Of a stretch of 64,000 bases of DNA, positions 1 through 20,200 are shown in pieces. The notes below the pieces were generated by a model. That model was given only the letters and a program-made list of their open reading frames with translations, made no database searches and was not told where the DNA came from. The position numbers and the translations under genes are program-made. How positions within the stretch are numbered: position 1 is the first letter of the stretch; every line of letters starts with the position of its first letter. This stretch comes from the human T2T-CHM13v2.0 reference genome, Homo sapiens. The stretch lies in assembly GCF_009914755.1 (NCBI RefSeq), contig NC_060940.1. One strand, given 5' to 3'.

Positions 1-915
1 ATTACAGTGTTTATGATTTCTAGCATTTTCTGTTGACTCTTATAGTTGCTATATCTCTCCTTACATTGCCCATCTATTCTCATGTGTTGTCTGCTGTTTC
101 CATTAGAGCCCTGAACCTAGTAATCATAGTTATTTTGCATTACCTGTTTGATTATTCTAAAATCTGTCCTATCTGAGTCAGGTTCTGATGCTTGCTTTAT
201 TTCTTTTTCACACTGTTTCTTCTTGCCTTTTAGTGTGTTTTGTAATTTTTCATTGAGAGCTAGACATTGACCTTCTTCCTGCTGATCAGTTCCTCTTCCT
301 TACCCCTCCCTAGTTCTTGTTTAAAAAAGAAAGCTGGACATGATGTATTAGGTAATAGGAAATGAGATAAATAGTCCATTAGTATTGTTAGTATGGTGTT
401 TCATGTTAATCTGGCTAAGAGTTGGTCTGTGTTTAATGATTGCTGTAACTGTTGGTATCTGAGGCTTCAAATTCCTCTAGTGTCCTTGTTTCTGTCTCCC
501 CTGTTATCTTTGGTTTTCCCTAAAAACTCCTTCTTAAATAGAGTGTATGCCTTTCAGCCCTAATTCCCTGTTGTTGTACTGGAGCCCTGTTGGTGTGACA
601 GCAAAGTATGGGGGAGGGGAAGCATTCTATAGCCTCATGGTCAAATCCTAGTCTTTTAGTGGGCCTGTGTCCCAGGCTATGACTGTCACTCATATTTAAC
701 TGTTTTTCTCCCCTTAGATGAAACAGAAAGGCTAAAGAGGGCTGGAGTCAGGGGACTTCTCTTCCACCAGGTAGGATAAGGCTCTGGTAAAGTCTTCTTC
801 CCTGGAGAGTAGGCCATTGCTCTGGGCCTATTTCACTATGGTTACTTCCCACAACTAGAGCTAGGAGGGAATCTTTCTTGACTCTTTACCAGGATAATCT
901 TGTAAAGAAGGATTT
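1..915 (-). mobile_element. Ancient L1M (L1MC/L1MD-like) 5' region fragment
   Basis: Resembles recalled old L1M 5' consensus in antisense (e.g. ttccattagagccct...atcatagttatttt...tctgagtcaggttctgatgcttgc). Confidence 0.55.
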
Positions 916-921
916 TTTCTT

Positions 922-1436
<515 letters not shown>

Positions 1437-1611
1437 TTATTAGGTTCTGTAGTGTTTGTTTAATCTAAAACCCTACCTTAGATGGGATTGTTGTAGACCA
1501 GTAGTCTCAAGCTTTTTTGACTGCAACCTTTAGTAAGACATACATTTTATATCTTAAAACAGTATATGTGTGTGTGTGTATATATATGTATGTATATTTA
1601 TTTTAAAACAG

Positions 1612-1745
1612 TATATGGATATATATATACACATATGTGTATATACAATACACATATGGATATATATACACATATGTGTATATACAATACACATATGGAT
1701 ATACACATATGTGTATATACAATATACATATGGATATATCATATA
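1612..1745. repeat. AT-rich minisatellite, about 3.5 units of 35-39 bp, each with a palindromic core
   Basis: Unit ATATGGATATATATACACATATGTGTATATACAATACAC; cores at 1624, 1663 and 1699. Confidence 0.85.
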
Positions 1746-1802
1746 TGCACCTATTAATATATATACATGTATATTTATTTGGTAAAACTTTTTGTGAAAT
1801 AA

Positions 1803-2141
<339 letters not shown>

Positions 2142-2300
2142 TAAAAAAATCTTTTTATTTATTATAGTTTGGTATACAACTTTTATAGTTTCTACCCTAT
2201 TAGTTTGTATTTTATTTTTAAAATGCTTGTCAAGATTTATGTAGAGGATAAGTTCAGAGGAAATATGTTGTTTGTATTTATATTATATATAAATATGTTA

Positions 2301-2722
<422 letters not shown>

Positions 2723-3141
2723 TTTTTTTTTTGAGAAATTTCAATAGATCTACCAGACTTAGTAAAGGGGGACATTTTGACTTTCCCATCCCCCTCCCAA
2801 TAAGTCCATTAGTTTCTTCAATAATGAAATACTTTGTTCATCTGGTAACCTTTAGTTATATTTTAAACATTGACCCCCTTCTCCCTCTTCCAGCAAAGCT
2901 TATGCTCACTCAGAGTTTTGGAGTGATTAGGATGCAATTACTTTCCATGGCTATTAGCAGGGGAGAAATTACTTGAGTACGTGTACGGAGTCATCTGTTC
3001 GTGTTGCTGAGACAGAGTGTGAAGTCTGGGCCTCAGGTTTCCTAAGCTTCTTGTAGTGGATAGTGGGGATTTGGACCTAATACGCATTAGGAACCTTGTC
3101 TAAGATGGGAGGCAAAAGCTGAGAGGTCGAAAGTACTTTGA

Positions 3142-3918
<777 letters not shown>

Positions 3919-4409
3919 TAAGCAGTGGACTGCAATTTTAAAAGACACTGGAGAAAGAAAACATGGTGATGTTTTATCTACCCTGTTTCTCCTGCCTTCC
4001 CAGTTGCCTTTGTTCCTTCTGAGCCTTCTTTAGAATTTATCTGATTGTTTTAGTTTTGCGGCCCTGAAGTGTAGATCAAAAAGTTTGGTCTTTCTTCTGT
4101 TGAACAGGCCATGTATGGGCTTCAAGTTCCATTCTCTAAGAGTCAGGACCAAAGGCTCAAAACTGCTACAGTTCAGGAGAACAAGATAGTTTAAAAACTA
4201 CCATTAGTTGAGTTGCCTTAGGAAAGAAAGAGTCCCAATAGAAGTAAAGATTTCTAAAATATTCTTTTATTTTTAAAGTCTGTAAATAATGGATTTCCAG
4301 CGTTTAGTGCTTTAACCCCTGTTAACTAAAAGCCCCAAGGCTCAATTTATAATTATTTATAATCTTTCCTGCATTATTCAAGATACGATCTTTTGCTTCC
4401 CCTTAAAAT

Positions 4410-4990
4410 TATTGTTCAATTATGAAAGAGATCAAACATATAAAATGGTTAGAGATGAAGATAACAAACAGTCATAAAAACCACCATCTGGATTTAATGA
4501 ATATGAACATTTTGCCATATTTGCCCCAGAACTTTTTTCTTTGAAAGATAAAATGTTGTAGATACAGTTGAGGTTCCTTTGGTCTCTTCCCCACTCCAAT
4601 TCCCCTGCTCCCTCCTCCCCTACCCTAGAGGGAACTTCTGTTCTGAACTTGGTGTGGTTCCTTCCCGTCGTACTTTTATACTTTTAAACGTTTGTGTGTC
4701 CACAACAACAACGTATACAGTTGTTTTGTGTAAGTTCAAGTGTACACCAAAGACATCGTACTAAGGCTGCCACTTGCCTTTTTTTTTTTTTTCCCCTCTT
4801 GGCATTATCATTTGGGATTTGTACATGTGGATTAAATTCATATATTTCAGGTACTATATAGCATTCCATTTTAGAAATATATCAATTTATCCATTCCCCC
4901 ATTGATGGGTATTTAAGTTGTTTATAATTTTTTACTATTACAAATACTGCTATGATGAACATCCTTGAACATGGCCTCTTCTGTGTGTGT
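4410..4990 (-). mobile_element. L1ME-like 3' fragment
   Basis: Typical antisense L1ME text: tttatccattccccattgatgggtatttaagttgttt...tactgctatgatgaacatccttg. Confidence 0.6.
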
Positions 4991-5243
4991 TGGAGAATTT
5001 CTCCCTCTGCAAATGCCTGGGAGTAGAATCCTGGTGGGTCCAAAATTACGCGTCTTTAACTCTGCCGGAGGTTGTCAGCTGCCATCTAATGTGCGCTGCC
5101 TCCACAGGCATGTGAGACTTCTCTCCAACACTAATTGTCAGGCTTCTCATCTCTTTCTAATCTGATGAGTAGCAAAGAGAGTTGATCTTTTTACTGCTTT
5201 GCCAAGACAAATTTAGTCTAAGTGAGTCAAAACATCATCTTTT

Positions 5244-5557
5244 TGGCCTGGTGAAATGGCTCATGCCTGTAATCCCAGCACTTTGGAAGGTGGGGCTGGG
5301 AGGATTGCCTGAGGCCAGGAGTTCAAGACTGGCCTGGGCAAGATGGTGAGATCCTATCTCTACAAAAAATAAATACATAAATAAATAAAAAAGGAAAAAA
5401 ATCAGCTGGATGTGGTGGCAAATGCCTGTAGTCCCAGCTACTCAGGAATCTGAGGCGGAAGGATCACTGGAACCCAGGAGGTCAAGGTTGTAGTGAGCTA
5501 TGATCATGTCACTGCACTCCATCCTGGGTGACAGGGCTAGACCCTGTCTCAAAAAAA
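5244..5557 (+). mobile_element. AluJ-like element
   Basis: Diverged dimeric Alu ending gaccctgtctcaaaaaaa. Confidence 0.85.
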
Positions 5558-5559
5558 CA

Positions 5560-5649
5560 GGTTGGTCCTGTGGTAGTGGGTTATCAGAACTTATTAACAT
5601 TAGTGTCACTAAAGTTTGTGTACAACCCCTGAATGCTAAATTTGGCTTT
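5560..5649 (+). pseudogene. Y RNA (hY4/RNY4) processed pseudogene with 3' A-tail (5650-5669)
   Basis: The core TGGTAGTGGGTTATCAGAACTTATTAACATTAGTGTCACTAAAGTT is identical to recalled hY4. The copy is near full length with several substitutions and a short 3' deletion. It has an A-rich tail, and an Alu sits where the upstream Pol III promoter would be. Confidence 0.92.
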
Positions 5650-6182
5650 AAAAAAGGAAAAAAAAAGAACTGAGATGGGAGTCTGTCTGCACGTTCAAGG
5701 GATAGTTGAACAGTGAGGAGGCCTGTGTGGCAGTAATCACAGCATGATGAGGGTGGGGGGATACTGGGGAGCAGGAAGTGGGCCATGAGGTCAGAGAGGG
5801 GTGTGGAAATGGGGGAAGGTATTGCATAGGACGTCAAAGTTCATTTGCAGGTCTTTGGCTTTTACTCTTTTTTTGTTTTTGTTTTTCAAACAGGGTCTCA
5901 CTGTGTCACCCAGGCTGGAGTGCGGTGGCACAATCTTGGCTCACTGCAGCCTTGACCTCCTGGGCTCAAGGGATCCTCCCAACTCTGTGGTCCTGATTAG
6001 CTGGGTCCACAGGCATGTGCCATCACACTCAGCTAATTTTTGTATTTTTTTTGGAGAGATGGAGTTTGACCATGTTGCCCAGGCTGGTCTTGAACTCCTG
6101 AGCACAAGGTGATCCGCCCGCCTCAGCCTCCCGAAGTGCTGGGATTATAGGCGCCCGCTGGCTTTTACTCTGAGTTAGACGG

Positions 6183-6520
6183 TGTCTTAGTTCATTTTGT
6201 GTTTCTATAACTGGATAATAGAAACGGGATAATTTATAAAGAGACTAGGTAATTTATAAAGAAAAGAGATTTATTCTTTGTATTTGAGTCTGGGAAGTCT
6301 AAGGTGGAGGGCCCACATCCTGGCAAGGGCCTTTGTACTCCACATCCCAAGTGGAAGGAAAGGCAGGAGAGCTAGAGAGAAACGTGAGGGGCTGAACTTG
6401 CTTTTATAACAAACCTGCTCTTGAGATAGTGGCCCCAGCCCTGAAGTAACATCAATCTGCCCTCATGATCCAATCACCTCTTCAAGGCCCCACCTCTCAA
6501 TACTGTTAAGATTAAATTTT
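6183..6520 (-). mobile_element. ERVL-MaLR LTR (MSTC/MSTD-like)
   Basis: tgtcttagttcattttgtg...ggtaatttataaagaaaagagatttatt...ccctcatgatccaatcacctc...ccccacctctcaatact. Confidence 0.75.
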
Positions 6521-6586
6521 CGGAGCCGGGCGAGGTGGCTCATGCCTGTAATCCCAGCACTTTGGGAGGCTGAGACGGGCGGATCA

Positions 6587-7041
<455 letters not shown>

Positions 7042-7909
7042 TCATGTAAGAGGAGATGGAGAATTGCTATGGGATTTGGTAACCTGGAGGTCTCTCTGGA
7101 GCTCTTGATAAGAAGAGTTTGGTGTTGTATTCCATTTGCTAAGTACCATTTCAGAGGTTTCCAGTGGAAGTAAAATGCTTATTACAGACTAGTCTAGAAA
7201 AACTAGCCACTTTAAATCTTTTTGGAAACTGGATATATCACATAAGACAAATTCTGTTCGAGTTTGCTAAAAATCTTGGAGCGTGACATTGTTTGACTTT
7301 AGCTATGGAAAATGTCAACATCATTGTCACTTAGCCATAGCTACATTTATTTAAATTGAAATTTAAATTATAAAATAGAGCCAAGGTCTCACTATGTTGC
7401 CCAGGCTGGTCTTGAATTCCTGCGCTCACATGATCCTCTTGCCGCAGCCTCCCAGTGTGCTGGAATTACAGATGTGAGCCACTGTGCCTCTCCTGTAACT
7501 ATATTTAATTCTCATATGAAGGGCTTTTGTCCTTTTTTTTTTTTTTTTTTTGAGATGGAGTCTCACTCTCTCCCCCAGGCTGGGGTGCAGCGGCGTGATC
7601 TCAGCTCACTCCAACCTCTGCTTCCCAGGTTCAAGCGATTCTTCTGCCTCAGCCTCCGGATACCTGGGATTACAGGTGCGTGCCACCATGCCCGGCTAAT
7701 TCTTGTATTTTTAGTAGAGATGGGGTTTCATCACATTGGCCGGGTTGGTCTCAAACTCCTGACCTCAAGTGATCTGCCTGCGTTGGCCTCCCAAAGTGCT
7801 GGGATTACAGGCGTGAGCCACTACGCCTGGCCAAGGGCTTTCATTCTTAGAGTAATATGGTGAATTAATAACCATGTTTTAAAGCTGAACAACTCTTTAA
7901 GATAAGTCA

Positions 7910-8090
7910 GGCACCGGGCTTGGTGGTCCGATCCTGTATTTCCAGCTACTCAGGAGGCTGAGGCAGGGAGATACTTTGAGTGCAGAAGTTCGAGGCTGCC
8001 GTGAGCCATGATTATGCCTGTGAGTAGCCACTGTACTCTAGCCTGGGCAATACAGCCAGACCCTGTGTCTAAATAGTAATAATAATAATA
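7910..8090 (+). mobile_element. FAM-type fossil Alu monomer
   Basis: Monomer retaining the 7SL-like gcctgtga(g)tagccactg segment that dimeric Alu arms lack. Confidence 0.7.
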
Positions 8091-8516
8091 TTGAAGAAAA
8101 AAAAGAAAATGGGAAGGCAGGGAGAGAGGTCACATACAAATAGAATGACAGAAGGTATTAATGATGTTGAATAGAACAGGAATTTTGGCCAGGCTTGGTG
8201 GCTCATGCTTGTAGTCCCAGCACTTTGGGAGGCTGCGGCAGAAGAATAGCTTGAAGCCAGGAGTTTGAGACTAGTCTGGGCAACGTAGTGAGACCTTGTT
8301 TCTACAACAACAACAACAACAACAACAAAATATTAGAGTTGTGGTGGCACATCTATAGTCCCAGCTACTCAGGAGGCCAAGGTGAGAGGATTGCTCGAGT
8401 CTAGGAGTTCAAGGCTGCACTGAGCATGTTCATGCCACTGCACTCCCGGCATGGGCGACAGAGTGAGATACCATCTCTAAAAAACATAAGATACAAAGGC
8501 ACAAGAATTTAACAGC

Positions 8517-10092
8517 ATCAGTTCTCAAGTGTGGTCCTCAGACATTGGGAGGTCTCCCAGACTCTTTTAGGGTTTTGCAAGGTTAAAACTCTTTTCTTTT
8601 TCTTTCTTTCTTTCTTTCTTTTTTTTTTTTTTTTTTTTGAGACGGAGTCTTGCTGTCATCGCCCGGGCTGGAGTGCAGTGGCATGATCTCGGCGCACTGC
8701 AACCTCTGACTCCTAGGTTCCAGCAATTCTCCTGCCTCAGCCTCCCAAGTAGCTGAGATTAGAGGCGCCCACCACCATGCCCGGTTAATTTTTGTATTTT
8801 TAGTAGAGACGAGGTTTCACCATGTTGGTCAGGCTGGTCTCGAACTCCTGACCTCAGGTGATCCACCCGCCTTGGCCTCCCAGAGCGCTGGGAATACAGG
8901 CGTGAGCCACTGTGCCTGGCCGAAATTATTTTCATAATGACATTAACACTTTGCCTTTTCACTGTGATCCCATTCACACCAATGTTCCAGAAGCAAAGGT
9001 GAGTAAAGCAGTTGGTGCTAGCACCAATTGGGCTGTTGCTGTGGTCATGGTATCCTTCACCACACATACTCTCAGTATAAAGAAAAGAAAAAGCCAGGTT
9101 CGCCTGAGAATGTCCTTGATGAAGTGGTAAAATTCATTAATTTTATGAAGTCTTGACTCCTGAGCACGTGTTTTTAATATTCTGTGTGCTGAAATGGGCA
9201 GTACTCCAAAAGCTCTTCTGCCGCCTGTTGAAGTATAATGGTGTGTTGGGAAAAAGCACGGTTGTTTGAATTGAGAGCTGAATTAATTGCTTTTTGGGTG
9301 AAGTACCATTTTTACTTAAACATCTAACAGACAAATGTGTTACTAGATTTGGGTATTTGGCAAGCCTTTTCTTGAAAACGAATGAAGTGAGCCCGACACT
9401 TCAAGGAAAACAACACAGTATTTGTTACCAATGATAAAATATGAGTTTTTTTTTTTTTTAAAGAAAAGAAAGAGTGGTCGAGTGCAGTGGTTCACACCTG
9501 TAATCCCAGCACTTTGGGAGGTTGAGGCAGGCGGATCACTTGAGGTTAGGAGTTCGAGACCAGCTTGGCCAACATGGCGAAACCCCATCTCTACTAAAAA
9601 TACAAAAATTAGCCAGGTGGTGCTGGTGCCTCTAATTCCAGCTACCCATAAGGCTGAGGCACGAGAATCACTTCAACTTGGGAGGTGGAGGCTGCAGTGA
9701 GCCGAGATTGTGCTACTGTACCACTCCAGCTTAGGTGTGTGAGACTCTGTCTCAAAAAAAAAAAAAAGACAAAAGACAAGGTAGTAGAGATGATGGAAGG
9801 AGGGAGGAAGGGGAGCGGATATGAGTTTTTAAGTGAAAGGTTTTAAGGGAAAGTTAGACTTTTGGAATGCTTTTATCTACTACCAAGAGCTCAATGGCTT
9901 CCCAATGCTTAAAGACTTGTCTGATGAGATCAGTGGTGACATTCACAAATGTGATTTTTGGATATTGCATAATGAAATGTGTCAACATTTGGAAAATCTG
10001 CAGAACTCAATGAACCAATATTTTTCAAATGTCAAATGATGATATTCCAAAATCACATACAAGTAAAAGATCCATTCAAAGTACAAGATAGA
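8517..10092 (+). mobile_element. Charlie1-family hAT DNA transposon relic, interrupted by two Alus (about 8592-8921 minus, 9476-9768 plus)
   Basis: Charlie-like terminus cagttctcaagtgtggtcc. Degenerate transposase text (LDEVVK...LCAEMGS...FELRAE). Track ORF 9833..10039 (FKGKLDFW...HLENLQNSMNQYF) resembles hAT transposase. Confidence 0.75.
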
Positions 10093-10103
10093 CTTGCTTC
10101 TAG

Positions 10104-10334
<231 letters not shown>

Positions 10335-10617
10335 TAGATGGGGTTTCATCATTATGGCCAGGCTGGTCTTGAACTCCTGACCTCAGATGATCTACCTGTC
10401 TTGGCCTCCCAAAGTGCTGGGATTACAGACCATGAGCCACTGCACCCAGCCTACCCATTTAAATAATTGTATTAGTTGTCTTCTTTTTCTCTTTCCTTTT
10501 TTTTTTTCTTGCATTATACTTTTAGCAAGGATTACTGTCAGATTCTACTCATTTGGCCAGAGACCCTCCTTGAGGTGTTTGCAGCAAACTTGCTCTACAG
10601 CTAGCACACTAGATTAG

Positions 10618-10794
<177 letters not shown>

Positions 10795-11518
10795 TAGCTG
10801 GGATTACAGGCACCCACCACTATGCTTGGCTAATTTTTTTGTATTTTTAGTAGAGATGGGATTTCATCATCTTGGCCAGACTGGTGTTGAACTCCCAACC
10901 CTGTAATCCACCCGCCTCCCAAAGTGCTGGGGATTACAGGCATGAGCCACTGCGCCCAGCCAATCTTTTTTTTTTTTTTTTTTTTTTTTTTGAGATGGAG
11001 TTTCGCTCTTGTCACCCAGGCTGCAGTGCAATGGCCGATCTTGGCTCACTGCAACCTCCGCCTCCTGGGCTCAAGTGATTCTCCTGCCTCAGCCTCCAGA
11101 GTTGCTGGGATTACAGGCATGCAGCACCATGCCTGGATAATTTTGTATTTTTTAGTAGAGACGGGGTTTTGCCATGTTGGTCAGGCTGGTCTCAAACTCC
11201 TGACCTCAGGTGATCTGGCCATCTCGGCCTCCCAAAGTGCTGGAATTACAGACGTGAGCGACCATGCCTGGCAGAGGTGTCTTAGTAGACTCTGCCTCCT
11301 CTAGACTTTGCTATAACAGTCCTGTGTCCTTTCTAGTCTATCCTAAGACCTGTCCAGGTTCATTAAGTCATTATAAGACAAACTATACCCTGGTTGCAGT
11401 TGCTTGGACGTTTCTATTTTCTTGCCTGTTTCTTTAAGCTTAAATATTGAAATTGAGTTAAACTCCTCTGTCTTCTTATCAGATATTCTCTGAATTCTTT
11501 TTTCTGTTTGTCTTACAG

Positions 11519-11533
11519 CTTCACGGTGATGAT
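11519..11533 (+). other. WWP2: 5' UTR portion of the first coding exon of WWP2
   Basis: Polypyrimidine tract ttctttttctgtttgtcttacAG ends at 11518, followed by 15 nt before the ATG at 11534. Confidence 0.9.
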
Positions 11534-11603
11534 ATGGCATCTGCCAGCTCTAGCCGGGCAGGAGTGGCCCTGCCTTTTGAGAAGTCTCAGCTCACTTTGA
11601 AAG
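11534..11603 (+). CDS. WWP2: WWP2 E3 ubiquitin ligase, first coding exon (MASASSSRAGVALPFEKSQLTLK + phase-1 G)
   Basis: Translation matches the recalled human WWP2 N-terminus. Start context gatATGG; donor AAG|gtgagt; 70 coding nt. Confidence 0.97.
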
Positions 11604-11988
11604 GTGAGTGGCACTGTATAATGTCTTCATCTTGTCTACGCCCAGGGAAGAGGGAGAATCTAACCACACCTTGGTCTGGGGAGCCAAATTTTGTGAAATA
11701 GTTTACATGTGTTAATTATTTATTCTCATGGGATTGTCATCTTGTAGCTGTAATTCTTGAAGAAGAAAGAAAATAAAGGAGCAGGAAAATAGGGAACTTT
11801 TAGCTAAAATTGTCTAAAATGGTGATTTCAGGCCAGGTGCAGTGGCTCACGCCTGTAATTCAGCACTTTGGGAGGCTGAGGCAGGAGGATCCCTTAAGCC
11901 CAGAGTTTCAAGACCAGCCTGGGAAACATAGGGAAGCCCTGTCTCTACAGAACATAAAATAATTAGCCAGGCATAGTGGTGCATGCTA

Positions 11989-12120
<132 letters not shown>

Positions 12121-12199
12121 TTAAAATAAAAACTGAATAAAATAAAATGGTGACCTGTTCATGCCCTAGGGCTCGTTGCTACCTGCACTCGCTCCCTAG

Positions 12200-13385
<1,186 letters not shown>

Positions 13386-13571
13386 TATTGCTTCGGGTTC
13401 CATAGCTCTGCAGCCATCACAGATGGGAGAGTGGCTCTCAGTATCTGAGCTCAGACCCCTCAGCCTGGTCCTCCAGAGGCAAAATTGTGTCTCTTGGGAA
13501 TATTTTTCTTGAGTATTTTTGAAATGCAAATGTTATTTATATAATATACTCATGGAGTTTAAAAATCTTAG

Positions 13572-13987
<416 letters not shown>

Positions 13988-14338
13988 TGATCTCCCCGCC
14001 TCGGCCTCCCAAAGTGCTGGGATTACGGGCGTGAGCCACCGTGCCCAGCCTCCTATAGTTCAAAATTCTTTCCTGCAGTCCTTCAGTGCTCCTCCTTGGA
14101 AAAAACCAGTATTGTTTCTTGTGTGTCTCTTCCAAGATACACCAAAAGGGATGCATTTTTGTAATTTTGAGAGCCAGATTGCCTTCCTTGGAAGGAATAC
14201 CCTTCTAGCAATGTGCGAGAGTGCCTGTTTCCCTACATCTTTACCAGCACAATGTTGTCAGACTTTTAACTTTTGCCTGTTTCATTGGTGCAAGCTTGTG
14301 TTCTCAGTGTAGTTTTATTTCCCACTTCTTTACTTACG

Positions 14339-15081
<743 letters not shown>

Positions 15082-15086
15082 TATGA

Positions 15087-15335
<249 letters not shown>

Positions 15336-15637
15336 TGATCCGCCTGCCTCAGCCCCCCAAAGTGCTGGGATTACAGGTGTGAACTACTGCACCCGGCCAG
15401 TGTTTAGCATCTTATATATTTAAGGGCGGTTGTATTTCCTTTCCTATGGATTGCCTGTTCATGTTCTTTGCCTGTTTCTTATTACATTATTGATTGTTTT
15501 TGTAGTCTTGAAATATTTTAATTATATTTCTTGGAGTCTTTTGCCTTGCTTCTGCCCTTTTGAGTAGGGAGATGAGTTAGAGTGAACTAATATGGTTTTA
15601 AACTGGGGGCTACAGACTTTATTACCTTAGCTAATAA

Positions 15638-16063
<426 letters not shown>

Positions 16064-17191
16064 TGAGACAGTCTTTCTCTGTTGCTCAGGCTGGAATGTA
16101 GTGGCATGATTACAGCTCACTGCAGCCTCAAAATAGGCTCAAGCAATCCTCCTGCCTCAGCCTCCTGAGTAGCTAGGACTTTAGGCATACACTACCATAC
16201 TTAGCTAATTCTTAAATTTTTTTTATAGAGATAGGTCTTGCTGTGCTGTCCAGGCTGGTTTCAAACTCCTGGACTCAAGCAGTTCTCCCACCTTGGCCTC
16301 TTAAAGTGCTGGGATTACAGGTGTGAGCCACCGTGCCTGGCCCCCACCTCGGCCTCTTAAGGTGCTGGGATTATAGATGTGAGCCTCTGCACCTGTCCAG
16401 CACATACTTCTAAAGGCTTTTTTGTTGCCTTTCTTGAAGGTGAATTTTCTTACCAGGGTGGAAAGAGCCAGCTTGATAATACTGGTGTATCTCATTATAC
16501 ACATATTTAACCTACACAGATTTGGTAATACCATTCAGGAAAATGGTGGGGGGAAAGAGAAAGAGAGAAATAACCATTTAAATAGCGTAGGTGGTTCTTT
16601 TTCCCGTGCATTTCATGAAGAAAGCTGATAGTGTAACCTGTGGGGTGTGACTGCGCGGTTTCCAGTTCCCTTGTGCCTGCCCACAGTGTGATCCTGGTGT
16701 TTTAAGGTATATTTTTAAATGCATCGAGGCCCTTAAACGTAGGACAGCTATTTTATTTGATATTTTACTAGAGAAACACTGAAAAACTGATCTCTGAAAA
16801 GCATAGTATAATAAAACAAGAAACAAGCTGTTTGGAACTTATTGAGAGAGCAGATGCCAGACTCTATTGTGGTCCCTTCTTAAGAGCTTTTTCAGTGTAT
16901 AATTTTGTCTTTATATGATTTTTGCCTGATTTGTTGACTTTAAAAGCTAAATCTCACATAAAGTCGTGACTCTGTGTATAAAGATATATTTCATGAAAGA
17001 GACTTTCTAGATAAACTTGCTCATATCTTTATTTTAGCCTGTCTTTTAAGAACAAGAAATATTCAAAATATCACCCTGCTGATTAACTGTAGGTTACAAA
17101 TGTGTCAGTGGAGAGACCTGGCCAACTCCACATTAAGCAGATGTTCAAACTTAGTATCCCCAATGGCAGGACAACCTAATGTATGTGGTAA

Positions 17192-17395
<204 letters not shown>

Positions 17396-17543
17396 TAGAT
17401 TTGGGGTCTTGCTGTGGTGCCCAGGCTTGTCTCGAACTCCTGGGCTCAGGTGGCCCTTCTGCCTCGGCCTCCTAAAGTGTTGCAATTACAGGGTGAGCCA
17501 CTGTGCCTGGCCTTTAAACCGAATCTAATCATGAGGAAACAAT

Positions 17544-19199
<1,656 letters not shown>

Positions 19200-19782
19200 C
19201 AATTAGAAAAATGTAGAATTTGCTGCATTCTTTAAAACAGCTGGTGGAAGTCTTTAAAAATCATTGTTGCCTTGGCAAAGCTGCTGGGATTATAAAAGAA
19301 AAAAACCAAAAAGTTAAACAAACAAAAATCATTGCCATGGAAAAGAAGGGAGGATGTTCTAGATTTTAAAAGATTAAGGAGATAGTAGCCACAGGCAATT
19401 TGTATATATTGATTAGGTACTGAATTGGGGGAAAAATGGCTTTAAAAATATGTCTGGGGACTGGGCAGTAGCTCATGTTTGTAATCCCAGCATTTTGGAA
19501 AGCTCTGGCGGGTAGATCGCTTGAGTCCAGGTGGATTCCTTGAGCCCAGGAGTTCGAGATCAGCCTGGCCAATGGGGTGAAATCCCGTCTCTACAAAAAA
19601 AATTAAAAAGTTAGCCAGGCGTGGTGTTGCGCACTGGTAGTCCCAGCTACTCAGGAAGCTGAGGTGGGAGGATCGCTTCAGCCAGGTAGGTCGAGGCTGC
19701 AGTGAGCCGTGATCGTGCCACTGCACTCCAGCCGGTCTACAACTTACTTTTTAATGGTTTTACCTAGGAAAAAAAATGCGGA

Positions 19783-19822
19783 TACACACACACACACCCA
19801 CACACACACACACACATACACA
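19783..19822. repeat. (CA)n microsatellite
   Basis: Read directly from the sequence. Confidence 0.9.
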
Positions 19823-19854
19823 GAGACATAGATGGCATTTATCTATAACCTTTG

Positions 19855-20055
19855 GTGTCCAATAGAATAGTCACTGTAGCCACATAGAACTGTTTACACT
19901 TAAATTACAATTATATAACATTTAAAAATCATATCCTTATTTGCACTAGCCATATTTCAAGTGTCAATAGCCACATGTGTCTCATGGCAATGTATTGGGC
20001 AGCACAGATGTGGAACATTTTCGTCATCATGGAAGTTCTCTTGGGTAGTGATGCT
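19855..20055 (-). mobile_element. MER3 hAT MITE
   Basis: gcactagccatatttcaagtgtcaatagccacatgtg...gcagcacagatgtggaacattttcgtcatcatggaagttct. Confidence 0.75.
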
Positions 20056-20168
20056 ATAGACACATAGAACAGAAAGCAAATGTGGCAAAATGATAACAAT
20101 TGGTGAAGAGTATACAGTATTTATTGTTCTATTTCAATTTTTCTATAGATTGGAAACTTAAAAATAGG

Positions 20169-20200
<32 letters not shown>

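Noticed and set aside
19510-19552. About 20-bp duplication inside an AluJ left arm
   Set aside because: Ordinary slippage within an old Alu, with no sign of function.
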